A stretch of 64,000 nucleotides of DNA from Mobula hypostoma (GCF_963921235.1 NC_086108.1:18476001-18540000); one strand, 5' to 3'. Positions 38,455 to 51,545 are shown, counted from the first letter of the stretch. The notes: generated by a model not told the origin, from the letters alone. Program-made: numbers and translations.

Positions 38455-40035
38455 TTACTAAGGAAAAGGTGCTTGGGAAGCTGAAAGGACTGAAGGTAGA
38501 TAAGTCACCTGGACAAGATGGATCCATAGTTCTGAAAGAGGTAACTGAAAAGATTGTGGAGATCTTTAAAGAATCACTAGAGGCAGAAATGGTTTCAGAA
38601 GGCTAGAAAATCGCAAATGTCACCCCACTCTTTAAGTAGGGCAGGAGATAGAAGACAGGGAATTATAGGCCGGTTAGTCTGACTTCAGTGGTTGGAGTCC
38701 ATTATTAAAGTTGAGGTTTCGGTACTTGGAGGCACATGAAAAAAAAAAGGCCAAAGTCATAATTGTTTCCTTAAGGGAAAGCCTTGCTTGACAAATCTGT
38801 TTGAATTGAGGTAATAACAGGCAGGGTAGACAAAGGAGAGTCGGTGGATGCTGCTTATTTGGATTTTCAGAAGACATTTGACAAGGTGCCACACTTGTGG
38901 CTGCTTAACAAGATAAGAGCTCATGGTAATACTAGAAAGATACTAGCATGGATAAGAGATTGGCTGACTGGCAAGAGGCAAAGAGTGAGAAGAAACCAGT
39001 TCTCTGGTGACTAGCAATGTTTCACATGTGTCTGTATTGGGACCAATTCTTTTTATGTTATACATCAACGATTTAGATGATGGAATTGATGGATTGATGG
39101 CCAAGTTTGTGAAGAATATGAAGATAGATGGAGGGATAGATAGTGTTGAGGAATCTGGGAGTTTGCAGAAGGACTTGGACAGATTAGGAGAATAGGCAAA
39201 TAAGTGGCAGATGGAGTGCAGTGTTGATAAGTGTATGGTCATGCACTTTGATAGAAGGAATAGAAGCGTAAACTATTTTATAAATAGGGAACAAGTTCAG
39301 AAATTGGAGGTGCAAAGGGACTGGAGTCCATGTGCAGGACTCCTTAAAGGTTAATTTGCAGGTTGAGTTGGTGGCAAGGAAGGCAAATGCAATGCTAGCA
39401 TCCATTTTGAGAGGACTAGATTATAAAAGTAAGGATTTAATGCTAAGGTTTTTTAAGGCATTGGTGAGACCATACTTGGAATATTGTGAGCAGTTTTAGG
39501 CCCCTTATCTCAGAAAGGATATGCTGGTACTTGACGGAGTCCAGAGGAGGTTCACAAAAGTGATGCTGGGAGTGAAAAGGTTAATGTATGAGAAGCATTT
39601 GAGGGCTCTAGTCCTGTCCCCACTGGAACTTAAAAGAATGGGGTGGAGGGTTCTTATTGGAACTTACTGAATATTGAAAGGCTTCAAAAGAGTGGATGTG
39701 GAGAGAATGTTTCCTTTAGTGAAGGAGTCTAACACATCAGGCTCAGCCTCAGAGTACTAGGACATCTCTTTAGAGGAAGTGAAATTTCTTTAGCCAGAGG
39801 GGGGTGAATCTGTGGAATTCATTGTCGCATTCGGCTGTGGAGTCCAAGTCATTGGGTATAATTAAAGCAGAGTTTGATAGGTTCTTGATTGGAAAGGGCA
39901 GCAAAGGTTACAGGGAGAAGGTGGGAGAATAGAGTCTGGTGAGATAATAAGCCAGCCATGATGGAATGGCAGAGCAGGCTCAACAGGCAAAATGGCATAA
40001 TTCTGCTCCTGCTATACATCTTATGGTCTTATGGT
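38455..40035 (+). mobile_element. Degenerate CR1 LINE, RT to 3' tail
   Basis: DKSPG, SVLGPILFMLYINDL and HLEYCEQF remnants; CTTATGGTCTTATGG tail. Confidence 0.85.
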
Positions 40036-40321
40036 GTAGGCTGTATTAGTCAGTGTGTGGACCCATAGTACATGGCCACCACGTGTCACAATGTACTGAG
40101 GTTCTGCTATGGAAGATTGGCCTGGATCCTCTACCATATAACACCACAGTCAGCTGGACATTACTGCACTACTTGTCCTCTGTGGAAGAATTCTTCTAAA
40201 TACTTTTGATCACATGAATCAGATAGTGGTCAGCGCAGAATGTAGAACAGACACTGCGAGACAGGGACACTATGAATACATCAGGGTAGTTTCCTAAACA
40301 ACCTGTCCAAATCATCAGGCA

Positions 40322-40573
40322 CGAGGAATTCTGCAGATGCTGGAAATTCAAGCAACACACATCATAGTTGCTGGTGAACGCAGCAGGCCTCCTGTCCCAT
40401 GATCCTCTCATATCCCTTTTGCCAATCACCTGTCCAGCTCTTGGCTCCGTCCCTCCCCCTCCCACTTTTAAATCTCTTACTAGCTCTTCCTTCAGTTAGT
40501 CCTGACGAAGGGTCTCGGCCCGAAACGTCGACTGTACCTCTTCCTAGAGATGCTGCCTGGCCTGCTGCATTCA
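40322..40573 (-). mobile_element. PLE mini-insertion with inverted arms
   Basis: 15-bp TSD CCAAATCATCAGGCA (40307-40321 and 40574-40588). Orientation switches near 40386. Confidence 0.9.
40493..40534 (+). ncRNA. Minimal type I hammerhead ribozyme motif, intact
   Basis: Identical to 13471-13512. Confidence 0.85.
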
Positions 40574-40588
40574 CCAAATCATCAGGCA

Positions 40589-41020
40589 GAATGGTTATAT
40601 GGTTATAGAATGCAAATATCACCAACAAGTACCAAGACCTTCCTTGGCTAGTTGTGAAAAGGGTCACCTTTACAGACAACTTCTCATCCCCAATGCAAAC
40701 TGCAGCGGAATGGCTACAGTAAGAAGAAATAGTCACCCACCTCTTTGCAGACTGTGGGTTTACTAGGAGATTGTGGAGACAGATGCAAGGGTCCATATCC
40801 CAGTTCATCCCCAGCAGCTGCATAACAGAAGACGCCCTGATCCCAGGGACCCACACTGAGACAGACATCAGGTGCTGCTGGAAGGTCATCAACATGGTCT
40901 TCTGCATAGTGAGATGTCTGTGAAGAATGCATCCGACTGGCACAGCCAAGGTTGCAGGACTATGTACTACGGCTCTGTGGTGAAGGACAACAATTCAGGT
41001 TCCTTCCATTACTGCACATG
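40589..41020 (+). mobile_element. Possible Tx1/L1-like ORF2 C-terminal remnant
   Basis: EIVTHLFADC resembles the CCHC zinc-binding end of non-LTR ORF2. Confidence 0.45.
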
Positions 41021-41129
41021 AAAAGGTGGATCTGGGTGGGGAAGTCCCTCAAACAATGGAAGTGTATATTACCCCAGGAGGTGACCTAGTTGGAATAATG
41101 CTATGGTTTTTTAAAAAAGAGAAACCCAC

Positions 41130-41415
41130 CTTCCAGACCCACAACCACTAGCATCTAGAAGGTCAAGAACAACAGATACCTGAGAACACCACCACTTGGA
41201 AATCCTCCTCCAAGTCACTCACCAACCTGACTTGGAAATATATCACCATTCCTTCATTGTCACTGGATCAAAATCATGCAATTCCCTCCTTAACAGCACT
41301 GTGGGTCACCTGAGGGACTGCAGCGGTTCAAGAAGGCAGCTCATCACCACCTTCTCAAGGGCAGCTAGGGATGGGCAATAAGTGCTGGCTTAGCTGGAGA
41401 TGCTCACATCCAGTA
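41130..41415 (+). mobile_element. LINE 3' end fragment (CR1/L2 group)
   Basis: GGTTCAAGAAGGCAGCTCATCACCACCTTCTCAAGGGCA..GGGATGGGCAATAA terminal sequence. Confidence 0.55.
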
Positions 41416-42449
41416 AATTAACAATTTTTAAAAAATTATCAGTACTGGATGTAATCGTCATGAATATAAAAGTTTTGCACTTTTTTGGTATTTAATTTTT
41501 ATGATGAATGAAGTCTACTTTTTAAAATTAATAAAGGACATTCCCAATGTAAAAGAACATAGAACATCATTAAACACACTGTAGAGTAATTAGTAAATCT
41601 TCTCGAGGGGTGCAATGGATTCCCAGTAAAAGGAGTGGGAAATCCCGCTAGGAGAAAACTATCGAACCAAACTTCCACTTTGCGCCAAACTGAACTTACC
41701 ACGGTCCAGAGAAGTCTTGCTGCACCTCTCTAACCTCAAGTGACCTTCTCCACAGCCAGACACTGGCTAGCACTCTACTTAACGCTGGGATCAAGGCCCT
41801 CGAACCACATTTACCTGCTCTGGTTGTTGGGTGGAATACCCCTATCCTTAAATACATGTCTGAGTGGCTCAAGTGGTAGTGTTTCCATGCTCTAGAGAAT
41901 AAAGTTCTAACTTATTTAATCTTTCCTTATAACTCAGGTCATTCAGTCCCAGCAACATCTTTGCATTTTTTTTCTGTACTCGTTCAACCATCTTGGCTGT
42001 AGGTAGTTGACCAAAATTGCACTCAATACTCCAAATGTCTCTGTGAATGGAATACAACCACCAGAGTGAAGATTTTGTTTCCCTTGTGCTGTTATTTTGG
42101 GAGTATTTCAGATTTCTACGAGTTTTTTCGGGGAAAGAGCACTCCTGACATCTCTAAGCACCAGAAGTCTAATTGTAGGCTCATTTTCCCTTGTTCTTGA
42201 GGTAAACACCAGTCAGATTCCAATTGTTCTTCAATTCCTTCAGTCTTCAATATCTCAATGAGATACTGGCTTAATAATTTATATACTCAGGAGAAATTAC
42301 GCAAATATGCTAACAAAAAGTTAATATTTTTGATCTGGCATGGAATGTGACCGGGATATGGAAGAAGCTGCCAGAAGAAGTTGTAGAAGTAGGTAAAATG
42401 TCAGTGGAGAAGACATTCGGACAGATACATAGAGAGGAATTGTTTAGAA

Positions 42450-42519
42450 CTGGGGTTTACAACCTAGGGTCCATGGATCCCTTGCATAATGGCATTTAAA
42501 AAAATGTTGTGAACCCCTG
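42450..42519 (-). mobile_element. hAT-type MITE within an old CR1 3' fragment (about 42340-42630)
   Basis: TSD GTTTAGAA/GTTTAGAG; reverse-complement homolog of 12545-12625. Confidence 0.8.
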
Positions 42520-42654
42520 GTTTAGAGGGATACAGACAGTTGCAAGTAAATGGGACTAGCTCAGTTGGGCACCTCAATCAGAAAGGACAAGTTAATCTGA
42601 AAGGATTGTTTATATGCTGAGTAACTACTGTATATGAATCTATAATTACAATTT

Positions 42655-42675
42655 GTGTGTGTGAGAGAAGAGTGA

Positions 42676-42706
<31 letters not shown>

Positions 42707-42770
42707 TGAATAGAGGAGATGGACAGAGAGAAGAGAGAAGGAGAGGAGAAAGAGAAAGAGAGAGAGAGAT
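42655..42770. repeat. GA-rich microsatellite
   Basis: (GA)n and variants. Confidence 0.95.
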
Positions 42771-43860
42771 AAAGCGCCATGGTGGAGCAATCTCATGCAT
42801 TCTCTTAGAACACAACTGGGAGTTCAGCATTGAGGAATTAACCCTCTAGAGAGTGCGCAAGAGAAGGAAAATGATGCAACTGATGCAGGAAAGACAAAAT
42901 GGCCATGGTGATGGGATACTGGAGCACTGTCTTATAGATGTGAACGAAAGTTAAAGACCAAACCTTAAAGTTGTACCAAAAATCCTCAGGCAAAAGCATA
43001 AACTATCCACTTCCTGAAGACTCAATCACTTTCTGACCAAACAGAAGCGTTCCCTCTTGACCAAAAGGTATGGACAGAGGGACATGGAATAAAGTGGGGA
43101 CAATCAGGTTTGTTTCTGTGAGGAAGAAGGATGGAAGTAAATGTTAAGGAGCAGTGAAGTGCGGGTGGGATCCCAACTCTTTGAGCAGAGTTCTTCAGTC
43201 AGTATCCTCAAAGTGGGCTCTAGTTAAAACTACAGGATTAAGTGGAAACAGCAGTGTCTGTGGAGATTTTCGGGATTCTGCCCACAGATTGGCATATCAG
43301 ATGAAAAGATACAAGTAGGCCAAAGTCTGTCCAGCTGGGCTGATTGTCATCCTGTTCTCTCAAAATAATCAGCTGGCTGGCATCCATAAGCAACAAAGTG
43401 ATACTTCCAATGATTCCACAATGAAACAAAGTGCCATCCAGCCGGGGAGATTAGTGTTCTTGCTGTTGATTCCAGCTGGTACTTCATCTGTTTTTCAAAT
43501 GTAATGAGGTAAATGTCACAGTGAATTAGACAGTGTGTCCACTGACTAATGACCAGGCTCGTAATAACATCATTTGGAAACCTTCTGGTTAGATTCAGCA
43601 ACAAGAGAAGAGGGTGGTCTCTTCCTATCATTGTCACCAACATTGCCTTTACCAACGGGTTTCTGTTCTCAGCAATGAACAAATTTAATGTGCTTAGTTG
43701 TAGGGAAACCCCAGTGTACTGTGGAGCTCAAAAGAAGGGGTGACAGTTCCTTCTGACGTGACACTGGTCCAATCATTGTCTGTGTCAGGACCAGTCAGGG
43801 GACTGGAACCAAATTGTGGTAATATTTTCTGCTTCAGTTAGAATCCTGAAGCATAACACG

Positions 43861-44636
43861 AGTGTGTGACAGAATAAGTACGAGCCACGTGCTCTCTAAA
43901 ACAATGATGAGTGTCTGATGGGTTCAGTACAGTCCGCGTGCTCTCTAAAACAATGACAGGTGTGTGACAAGATCAGTACGGTCCACGTGCTCTCAAAAAC
44001 AATGACAGGTGTGTGACAGGATCAGTACGGTCCATGTGCTCTCTAAAACAATAACAGGTGTGTGACAGAATCAGTACGATCCGCGTGCTCTCTAAAACAC
44101 AAACGTGTATCTGACAGGATCAGTACGGTCAGCGTGCTCTCCAAAACAACGACGAGTGTCTGATGGGATCAGTACAGTCTGCATGCTCTCTAAAACAATG
44201 ACTAGTGTCTGACGGGATTAGTACGGTCCACGTGCTCTCAAAAACAATGATGGATGTGTGACAGTATCAGAACGGTCCGCGTGCTCTCTAAAACAATGAC
44301 AAGTGTGTGACAGGATCAGTACAGTCCGCGTGCTCTCTAAAACAATGACAAGTGTGTGACAGTATCAGTACAGTCCGCGTGCTCTCTAAAACAATGACAA
44401 GTGTGTGACAGTATCAGTACGGTCCGCGTGCTCTCTAAAACAATGACAAGTGTGTGACAGGATCAGTACAGTCCGCGTGCTCTCTAAAACAATGACAAGT
44501 GTGTGACAGTATCAGAACAGTCCGCATGCTCTCTGAAACAATGACGAGTGTCTGACAGAATCAGTACGGTCTGCGTGCTCTCTAAAACAATGACAGGTGT
44601 ATGACAGGATCAGTACAGTCCGCCAGCTCTCTAAAA
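43861..44636. repeat. 49-bp minisatellite, about 16 copies
   Basis: GTGCTCTCTAAAACAATGACAAGTGTGTGACAGGATCAGTACAGTCCGC; unit starts at 44281 and 44330. Confidence 0.95.
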
Positions 44637-44912
44637 TAAAGGCTAATTATAGCTCAGTAGAATGGTACCCAGGACCTCAGGTGAATCACGTAGATGGACC
44701 TTGGTAATAGGAGAAAGATGTCTAACCTGAAACCATAAAAAGAATTGATGAGAAGTTGGCAGAGAACTGTTTATCAAGTAGATAATGAAAATCAAATAAC
44801 ATTTTCACACCAAGGGATAAGAAAATAACAAGGAATCTCCAGCCGGAAACATTAACTCCATTTCTCCTCCCACAGATGCAACCTGACTTGCTTAGTGTAT
44901 CCTGTATCTTCT

Positions 44913-45200
44913 GGGTGCATAGTGGTTAGCGCGACGCTATTACATTTCAGAGTGTTCAGGATTCTGGAGTTCAGTTCCAGCACCATACTGTAACGAGTCT
45001 CTGTACATCCTCTCTATAGAATGCAGTGGTTTTCTGTGGGTTCCCCAGTTTCCTCCCACAGAACAAAGATGCATTGTGTAGGTAAACTGGCCCATGATTC
45101 GGTTAAGGTTAATTAGGATTGTTTGGGTTGTTGGGGTGGTGCGGCTCGAAGGGCCGGGAGAGCCTACTCCACATTGTGTCACTAAATAAATAAATAAAAA
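44913..45200 (+). mobile_element. tRNA-derived SINE
   Basis: A-box-like TAGTGGTTAG (44920), B-box-like GAGTTCAGTTCC (44967), (TAAA)n tail. Confidence 0.75.
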
Positions 45201-45496
45201 TTAGTTTTTGCTTTAGAGAATGTAGTTCAGAGTGGAGCAGTGATTCAATAAATCTTCCTCAGCACTACCTCCTAAATCCACAAATGAAGATGAAGTGAAG
45301 CAGATGATTCATCTGGATAGTATGTTGACTCTGGTGTCAGGATCAGGGATGGCTTGGCTCAGGCCCATAGCATTCTCAAGGACAAGGGTGAGCAGCTAAA
45401 AGTCTTGGTACATATTGGCACCAATGACAAAGGTAGACAAGGTGCGGAGGTCCCGAAGAGGGATTTTAGGGAGGTCCAGGTAGTAATCTCTGGATT

Positions 45497-46492
45497 ACTT
45501 CGGCCCTCACCCCATCCTCCCACCACCACAACAGGAACAGAGTTCCCCTCGTCCTCACCTACCACCCCACCAGCCTCCGGATCCAGCACATTATCCTCTG
45601 CAACTTCCATCAATTTCAACAGGACCCCACCACTAAGCACATCTTTCCCTCTCCACCCCTCTCTGCTTTCCGCAGGGATTGGTCCCTCCGCGACTCCCTG
45701 ATCCACACGTCCCTCCGCACGGATCTCCCACCAGTACTTATCCCTATAAGCGTAAGTGCTACACCTGTCCCTACACCTCCTCTCTTGCCACCATTCAGGG
45801 CCCCAAACAGTCCTTCCAGGTGAGGCAACACTTCACTTGTGAGTCTGTTGGGGTCATCTATTGCATCCGGTGCTCCCGATGCGGCCTCCTCTACATCGGT
45901 GAAACTCGACACAGATTGGGGGACCACTTCGTCGAGCACCTCCGCTCCATCCACCACAACAGACAGGATCTCCCGGTAGCCACCCACTTCAACTCTGCTT
46001 CACATTCCTGTTCGGATATGTCCATACATGGCCTCCTCTACTACCATGGTGAGGCTAAACTCAGGTTGGAGGAGCAACACCTCATATACCATCTAGGTAG
46101 TCTCCAGCTCCTTGGTATGAACATAGAATTCTCCAACTTCCAGTAATTCCCTCCCCCTCCCTTCCCCTATCCCACTCTGTCCCCTCCCCCAGCTGCCTAT
46201 CACCTCCCTCATGGTTCTGTCTCCTTCTACTACCCGTTGTGTTTTCCCCTATTCTTTCTTCACCTTTCCTGCCTATCATCTTCCTGCTTCCCCTCCCCCA
46301 CCCCTTTAACTTTCCCCTTACTGGTTTTTCACCTGGAACCTACCAGCCTTCTCCTTCCCACCCTCCCCCACCTTCTTTATAGGGCCTCTGCCCCTTCCCT
46401 CTTCAGTCCTGATGAAGGGTTCCAGCCCGAAACGTTGACTGATCATTTCCATGGATGCTGCCCGACCTGCTGAGTTCCTCCAGCGTGTTGTG
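45497..46492 (+). mobile_element. Penelope-like element, second subfamily
   Basis: ORF 45679..46146 GVIYCIRCSRCGLLYIGET; 15-bp TSD AGTAATCTCTGGATT (45482-45496 and 46493-46507). Confidence 0.93.
46403..46442 (+). ncRNA. Minimal hammerhead motif, second subfamily
   Basis: TCAGTC-CTGATGA-A-GGG(TTCCAG)CCC-GAA-ACGT-T-GACTGA; 6-bp stem I, different loop II, GUU triplet. Confidence 0.82.
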
Positions 46493-46938
46493 AGTAATCT
46501 CTGGATTGCTCCCTGCGCCCTGTGCCAGTGAATGTAAGAATGGGATGATTTGGCAGGTGAATGCATGGCTGAGGACACGGTGCAGGGGGCAGGGGTTCAG
46601 ATTTATGGATCATGAGATCTTTCTCGGGAAGGTAGAAACCTCTAAAAAAGGATCAGCTACACCTGAACCTGAGGGGTTCCAGTATCCTTTTGGGCAGGTT
46701 TGGCTAGCGTTGTCCAGGTGGGTTTAATCTAATTTGGCAGTGGAATGGGAGCTAGAGTGATCATGCTGAAGATGAGATAGTTGGTTTAAAAGCAAAGGCA
46801 ATGTGTAATGAGACTTCTAGCAATAAGAGGCCAATGATAGGGAAAAATTGCCATCAACAAGAGTATGCAGTGTAAAAGGTGGACAAAATCAAAAAGGGCA
46901 AGTACAGGGCTGAAGGTGTTATGTTTGAATGTGTGCAT

Positions 46939-47773
46939 TGTTATGTACCCCGTAACTGGGTTGCCAAACGAGCAGAAATGGATCACTCAGTTGGAGTCTG
47001 GATTACTAGAACTAAGAAAGTTTTATTAAAGAAACAAGCAACACAGTAATCGAAAGGATAATAAATGCAACAGTTCAGCAATGATAAACACATATGTGCA
47101 CAGAATTAAGATAACAGCATCAATCAAGCTCTATCGTTGTCTAGGGGTAAATGACCAAATTTCAAAGTGACACAAAAGTTCAGTCCAATTTAGTTCAGTT
47201 CGCAGTAATCGTTGCCATGGCGATGGACAACGTGGGGGGAGGGAGAGAGAGAACGACTGATCATTCAGAAACGTCTTCCACTCACAGACTGGCGATATTG
47301 CTCACAAGCAGCTTTTGGGCGGGTCCTTTGTGATGTCACCTGAGGTCACCGACTGTGACCCCTCCTCCAGATGCAGTCGATCCTCTGCAGTGAACCCGGC
47401 ACCCAAGCGAGGGTGGACACACTCCGGGTTCCCGCTGATTGTACCTTTCCACCCTGTGCGTTTAAGGTCCGGTACTTCCCATCGACTCGTGAGAGGCGCA
47501 CTGCTTCCAGGGTCTCGTTACTCGGGTGTCGTGTGTGTCGCCTTAGCGAACCTGTCCCTTTTTATCCCCCTGCTGGGGTATCGCCTGTCCATCACTTCAA
47601 ACAGTTCAGGGTTCAAAGGGGGAGCCGCTCTAGACAGCTCTCTCTCCCGTCCCTTCATTACACATCTCCAGATGCTGCTTCATTGTTCCTTATCTCTCCT
47701 TCCCCTGAGGACAGGTGGCAGACCAACTGCTGATCTCACAGGACAGCTAACATCTATGTGAATTCTTGTCACA
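46939..47773 (-). mobile_element. Solo LTR
   Basis: TGT...ACA termini; 4-bp TSD GCAT; AATAAA on the minus strand near 47022. Confidence 0.82.
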
Positions 47774-48800
47774 GCATCGAACGGAATAAGGTAGATGAAC
47801 TTCCAGCACAGTTGCAGATGTGAACTGAATCATAACTGAAAGAAGATTATAGCTGGGAGTTTAATGTCCAAGAATACACATTGTATCAAAAGGACAGACA
47901 GGAAGGCAGAGGGGTTGGCATTACTCTGTTGGTAAAAAAATGAAATCAAATCATCAGCAGAGCAGCAATGGCTGGAATTTCAGGTAGCAAATTGGGAGGC
48001 ACAGGATATAGACATCCCAAAGAGGAAGAAGTATTCTAAAGGCAAGATGACATAACTGTGGCTAACAAGAGAAATCAAAGCCAACATAAAAGCCTAAGTG
48101 AGGGCAAATAATTGAGCAAAAATTACTGGGAAGTTAGAGGATTGAGAGGTTTTCAAATACCAGCAGAAGGCAACCAAAAGAAGTCATTAAGAAAGTAAAG
48201 ATGGAATATGAAAGTAAGCTAGCCAATAATATTAAAGAGGATACCTAAAGTTTCTTCAGATACATAAAGTATAAAAGAGAGGTGAGAGTGGATATTGGAC
48301 TGCTGGAAAATGATGCTGGAGAAGTAGTAATGGGGGACAAGGAAATGGTGGACAAACAGAATATTTTGTATCAGTCTTCATTGTGGAAGACACCAGCAGT
48401 ATGGTGGAAGTTCCAGGTGTTAGATGTCATGAAGTGTGTGAAGTTACTAGGGAGAAGGTTCTCCGGAAACTGAAAGGTCTGATGGTAGATAAGTCACCTG
48501 GGCCAAATGGTGTACAACCCAGGGTTCTGAAGGAAGTGGCTGAAAAGATTGTGGAGGCATTCGTAATGATGAAAATTGCAAATGTCACTCCTCTCTTGAA
48601 GAAGGGAGAGAGGCAGAAAAAAAAGGAAATTATAGGCCAGTTAGTCTGACCTTAGTGGTTGGGAAGATGTTGGAGTCAACTGTTAAGGATGTGGTTTGGG
48701 ACTACTTGGAGGCACATGATAATATGAGCCATAGACAGCATGGTTTCCTCAAGTGAAAATCTTGCCTGATAAATCTGCTGGAATTCTTTGAAGGTATAGC

Positions 48801-50064
48801 TGTCACAAGGGGCCGGGGGGGGGGTGGTATAGGGAGCAAGAGTGGACCCAAATGCAAGACACATCTTGTGAGGTTAAGTAAATTGAGTTTATTGTTTGAT
48901 ATCAGGAGAGCAAAGCAGAAGCAGGAATAGCAAACTGGGCAAGGACTCAGGACTACGACTAGGCTGGGACAAGGGTCTGGGCTAGGACTCGGAATCGGAT
49001 CCCAGTAGAGGCGACATGAAGAGGTTACGGTATGGACTCCGAGCCAGGGACTGGGCAAGGACCCAGTAGCTGGGTCTTGCCTCGGGCTCGGACCCCAGAA
49101 CCAGGCATGGACATGACATGGGCTAGGGAGAGGAGGAACATGGAAAAACAGAGCCTCGGTCTCGGGAGAGCAGGTACTTGGAACCATGGACACATACACA
49201 GAACACAGAGTCGGGACCCCTCCTTGGGTACAGGTCCTAGGGCTGGGACTCACACACAGAACAGAGAGCCGGGACCCCTCCTTGGGTACAGGACATAGGG
49301 CCGGGACTCATGACCCCCTGCGGGACAACAGCAAGACAGCCTGACTTACCCCACGGAGATGAGGACAAGACAAGACCAACACGAAAGAACACCAGACAGT
49401 ACCTATCTAGCTCCGGCGATAGAACTAGACCGAAGTGCAGGCAAGGGCTGCATCTGAGGGCTAGAGGCGAGAGGGGCAGAGAAGGGATTCAGACAGCAGG
49501 GTAGGACAGGAATCACAGACCGCCAGGGCCTAGACTTGACTCGGTACTTGGATGCCGCCAGGGACGGGACTTGACTCGGTACGAGACTTGACTCGGTACG
49601 AGGATGCCGCCAGGGCCGGGACTTGACTTGGAGCCTCCGGGTAGTGGCGAGCTCTCGACTCGGTCCAGGAACAGTAGACAGCGGTTCTTGATTCCCTCTG
49701 GCGGGTTAACTGACGGACCCACCTTGGTGAGGAAACTTTGCAGGCTCGCTTTGGCGAGGTAACTTGACAGGGTTGCTCTGGTGAGGAAAGGCGAATTACT
49801 GGCACTCGCTTCGGGCGGAGACCAGGCTTGCTCCGGCCAGATGACATTGGCATGCAGTACCTTGGTGACTTTGCAACCGCTCTCGCTCGAACAGCTGAAA
49901 GCCGGAGACTATAAACTACCGGTTCAGCCGAGAGTAAATTGCCTCTAATCACCAAGGCCGAAGGACACGGGAAAACAGGGAACCAAAGGGAAACAGGGAG
50001 TCAACGGTCCGGATCGTAACATAAACAAAGTAAATTTAAAGAGACCCCGATCCGGACCATGACA
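48801..50064 (-). mobile_element. Solo LTR (1264 bp)
   Basis: TGTCA...TGACA termini; 5-bp TSD ATAGC; minus-strand AATAAA near 48890; internal short repeats. Confidence 0.85.
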
Positions 50065-50206
50065 ATAGCAAGCAATATAGACAAAGGAGAATTGGTTGAT
50101 GCTGTGTACCTGGATTTTCAGAAGGCCCTTGACAAGGTACTACATATGAGGCTGCTTAACAAGCTATGAGCCCATGGTATTACAGGAAAGATTCTAGCAT
50201 GGATGG

Positions 50207-50447
50207 GGCCTGCTGTCCCAGCACACAACAGCAAACATGATCACGTTGGCCACCACAGACTCGTAGAACATCCTCAGCATTGTCTGACAGATGTTAAAAG
50301 ACCTCAGTCTCCTCAGGAAATAGAGATGGCTCTGACCCTTCTTGTAGACAGCCTCAGTGTTCTTTGACCAGTCCAGTTTATTGTCAGTTCGTATCCCCAG
50401 GTATTTGTAATCCTCCACCATGTACACACTGGCCCCCTGGATGGAAA
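50207..50447 (-). mobile_element. Rex1/Babar-type fragment within CR1
   Basis: YKYLG..DNKLDWSKNT..HLYFLRRLRSF. Confidence 0.85.
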
Positions 50448-51149
50448 CAAAAATGTTGAGACTTTAAGCACTGGGGAGGCCTCACTTGGAGTATTGTGAA
50501 TAGATTTGGGCCCTTCATCTTAGAAAGGATGTGCTGAAATTGGAGAGGCTTCAAAGGAGGTTCACAAAAATGATTCCAGGATTGAACTGCTTGTCATATA
50601 AAGAGTGTTTGATGTCTCTGGGCCTGTATTCACTAGAATTCAGAAGAATTAGGGGTGACCTTATTGAAACCTATCAAATGGTGACAGGCTTTGATACAGT
50701 GGGTGTAGAGAGGATGTTTCCTATAGTAAGAGAGTCTAAGACCAGAGGACACAGCCTGAGAATAGATGATCATCCTTTTAGAATGGAGATGAAGAGGAAT
50801 TTCTTTAGCTAGAAAGTGGTGAATCTGGAATTTGTTGCCACGAGCGGCTGTGGAAGGCAAGTCATTATGTATATTTAATGCAGAGGTAGGAAGATTCTTG
50901 ATTAGTCAGGGCATGAAGGGATACAGGGGGAAGGCAGGAGTTTGGGGTTGATAGGAAAAATAGATCAGCCATGGTGAAATGGCAGAGCAGATTTGATGGG
51001 CCAAATGGCCTGATTCTGCTCCTATATCTTCTGGTCTTATTATGGTCTTATGCTTGGAGCCAACATCACTTGCTAGTTCCCTTCTACTTTACACGTCAAA
51101 TTTACTTAGCCTATGGGCCCACATCCTGAGAGAGAATATAAAAGGGATA

Positions 51150-51545
51150 CACACGCACTGGCCACTTTATTAGGTATGCCTGTACACCTGCTCATTAATG
51201 CATATTTCTAATCAGCCAATGACATGGCAGCATGAAACGTCTGATCTCCTGGGATAATCACGCACCAGTCTCTAGAGTTTACATAGAATGGTGTGAGAAA
51301 CAAAAACATCCAGTGAATGGCAGTTCTGTGGGTGAAAATGCCTTGTTAATGAGAGACATCGGAGGAGAATGGCCAGACTGTTTCAAGCTGAGAAAAAGGT
51401 GACCAGTAACTCAAGTAACCATGTGTTGCAGCAGTGGTGTGCAGAAGAGCATCCCTGAATGCATGGCACATCAAACTTTGAAGTGGATGGGCTACAGCAA
51501 CAGAAGGCCTCAAACACACACTCTGTGGCCTCTTTGTCAGCTACA
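51150..51545 (+). mobile_element. Degenerate Tc1-like non-autonomous element
   Basis: Begins TACAC..TGGCCACTTTATTAGGTA; a similar motif recurs near 51520. Confidence 0.5.

Larger units (their letters stand above)
45310..51050 (+). mobile_element. Old long CR1 LINE (ORF1 esterase to 3' tail) carrying four nested insertions
   Basis: VLVHIGTND (SGNH esterase of ORF1), EN start, DKSPGP, KIANVTPL and LQRRFTKMIPG; GGTCTTAT tail; sequence resumes across each TSD. Confidence 0.85.

Noticed and set aside
43861..44636. Possible CRISPR array
   Set aside because: Whole 49-bp units repeat head to tail; there are no unique spacers.
44830..44910. Additional hammerhead
   Set aside because: Resembles a PLE terminus (CCGGAAACATTAACT) but lacks the CUGANGA box.
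44913..44990. tRNA gene
   Set aside because: A/B boxes continue into a SINE body and tail; no convincing cloverleaf.
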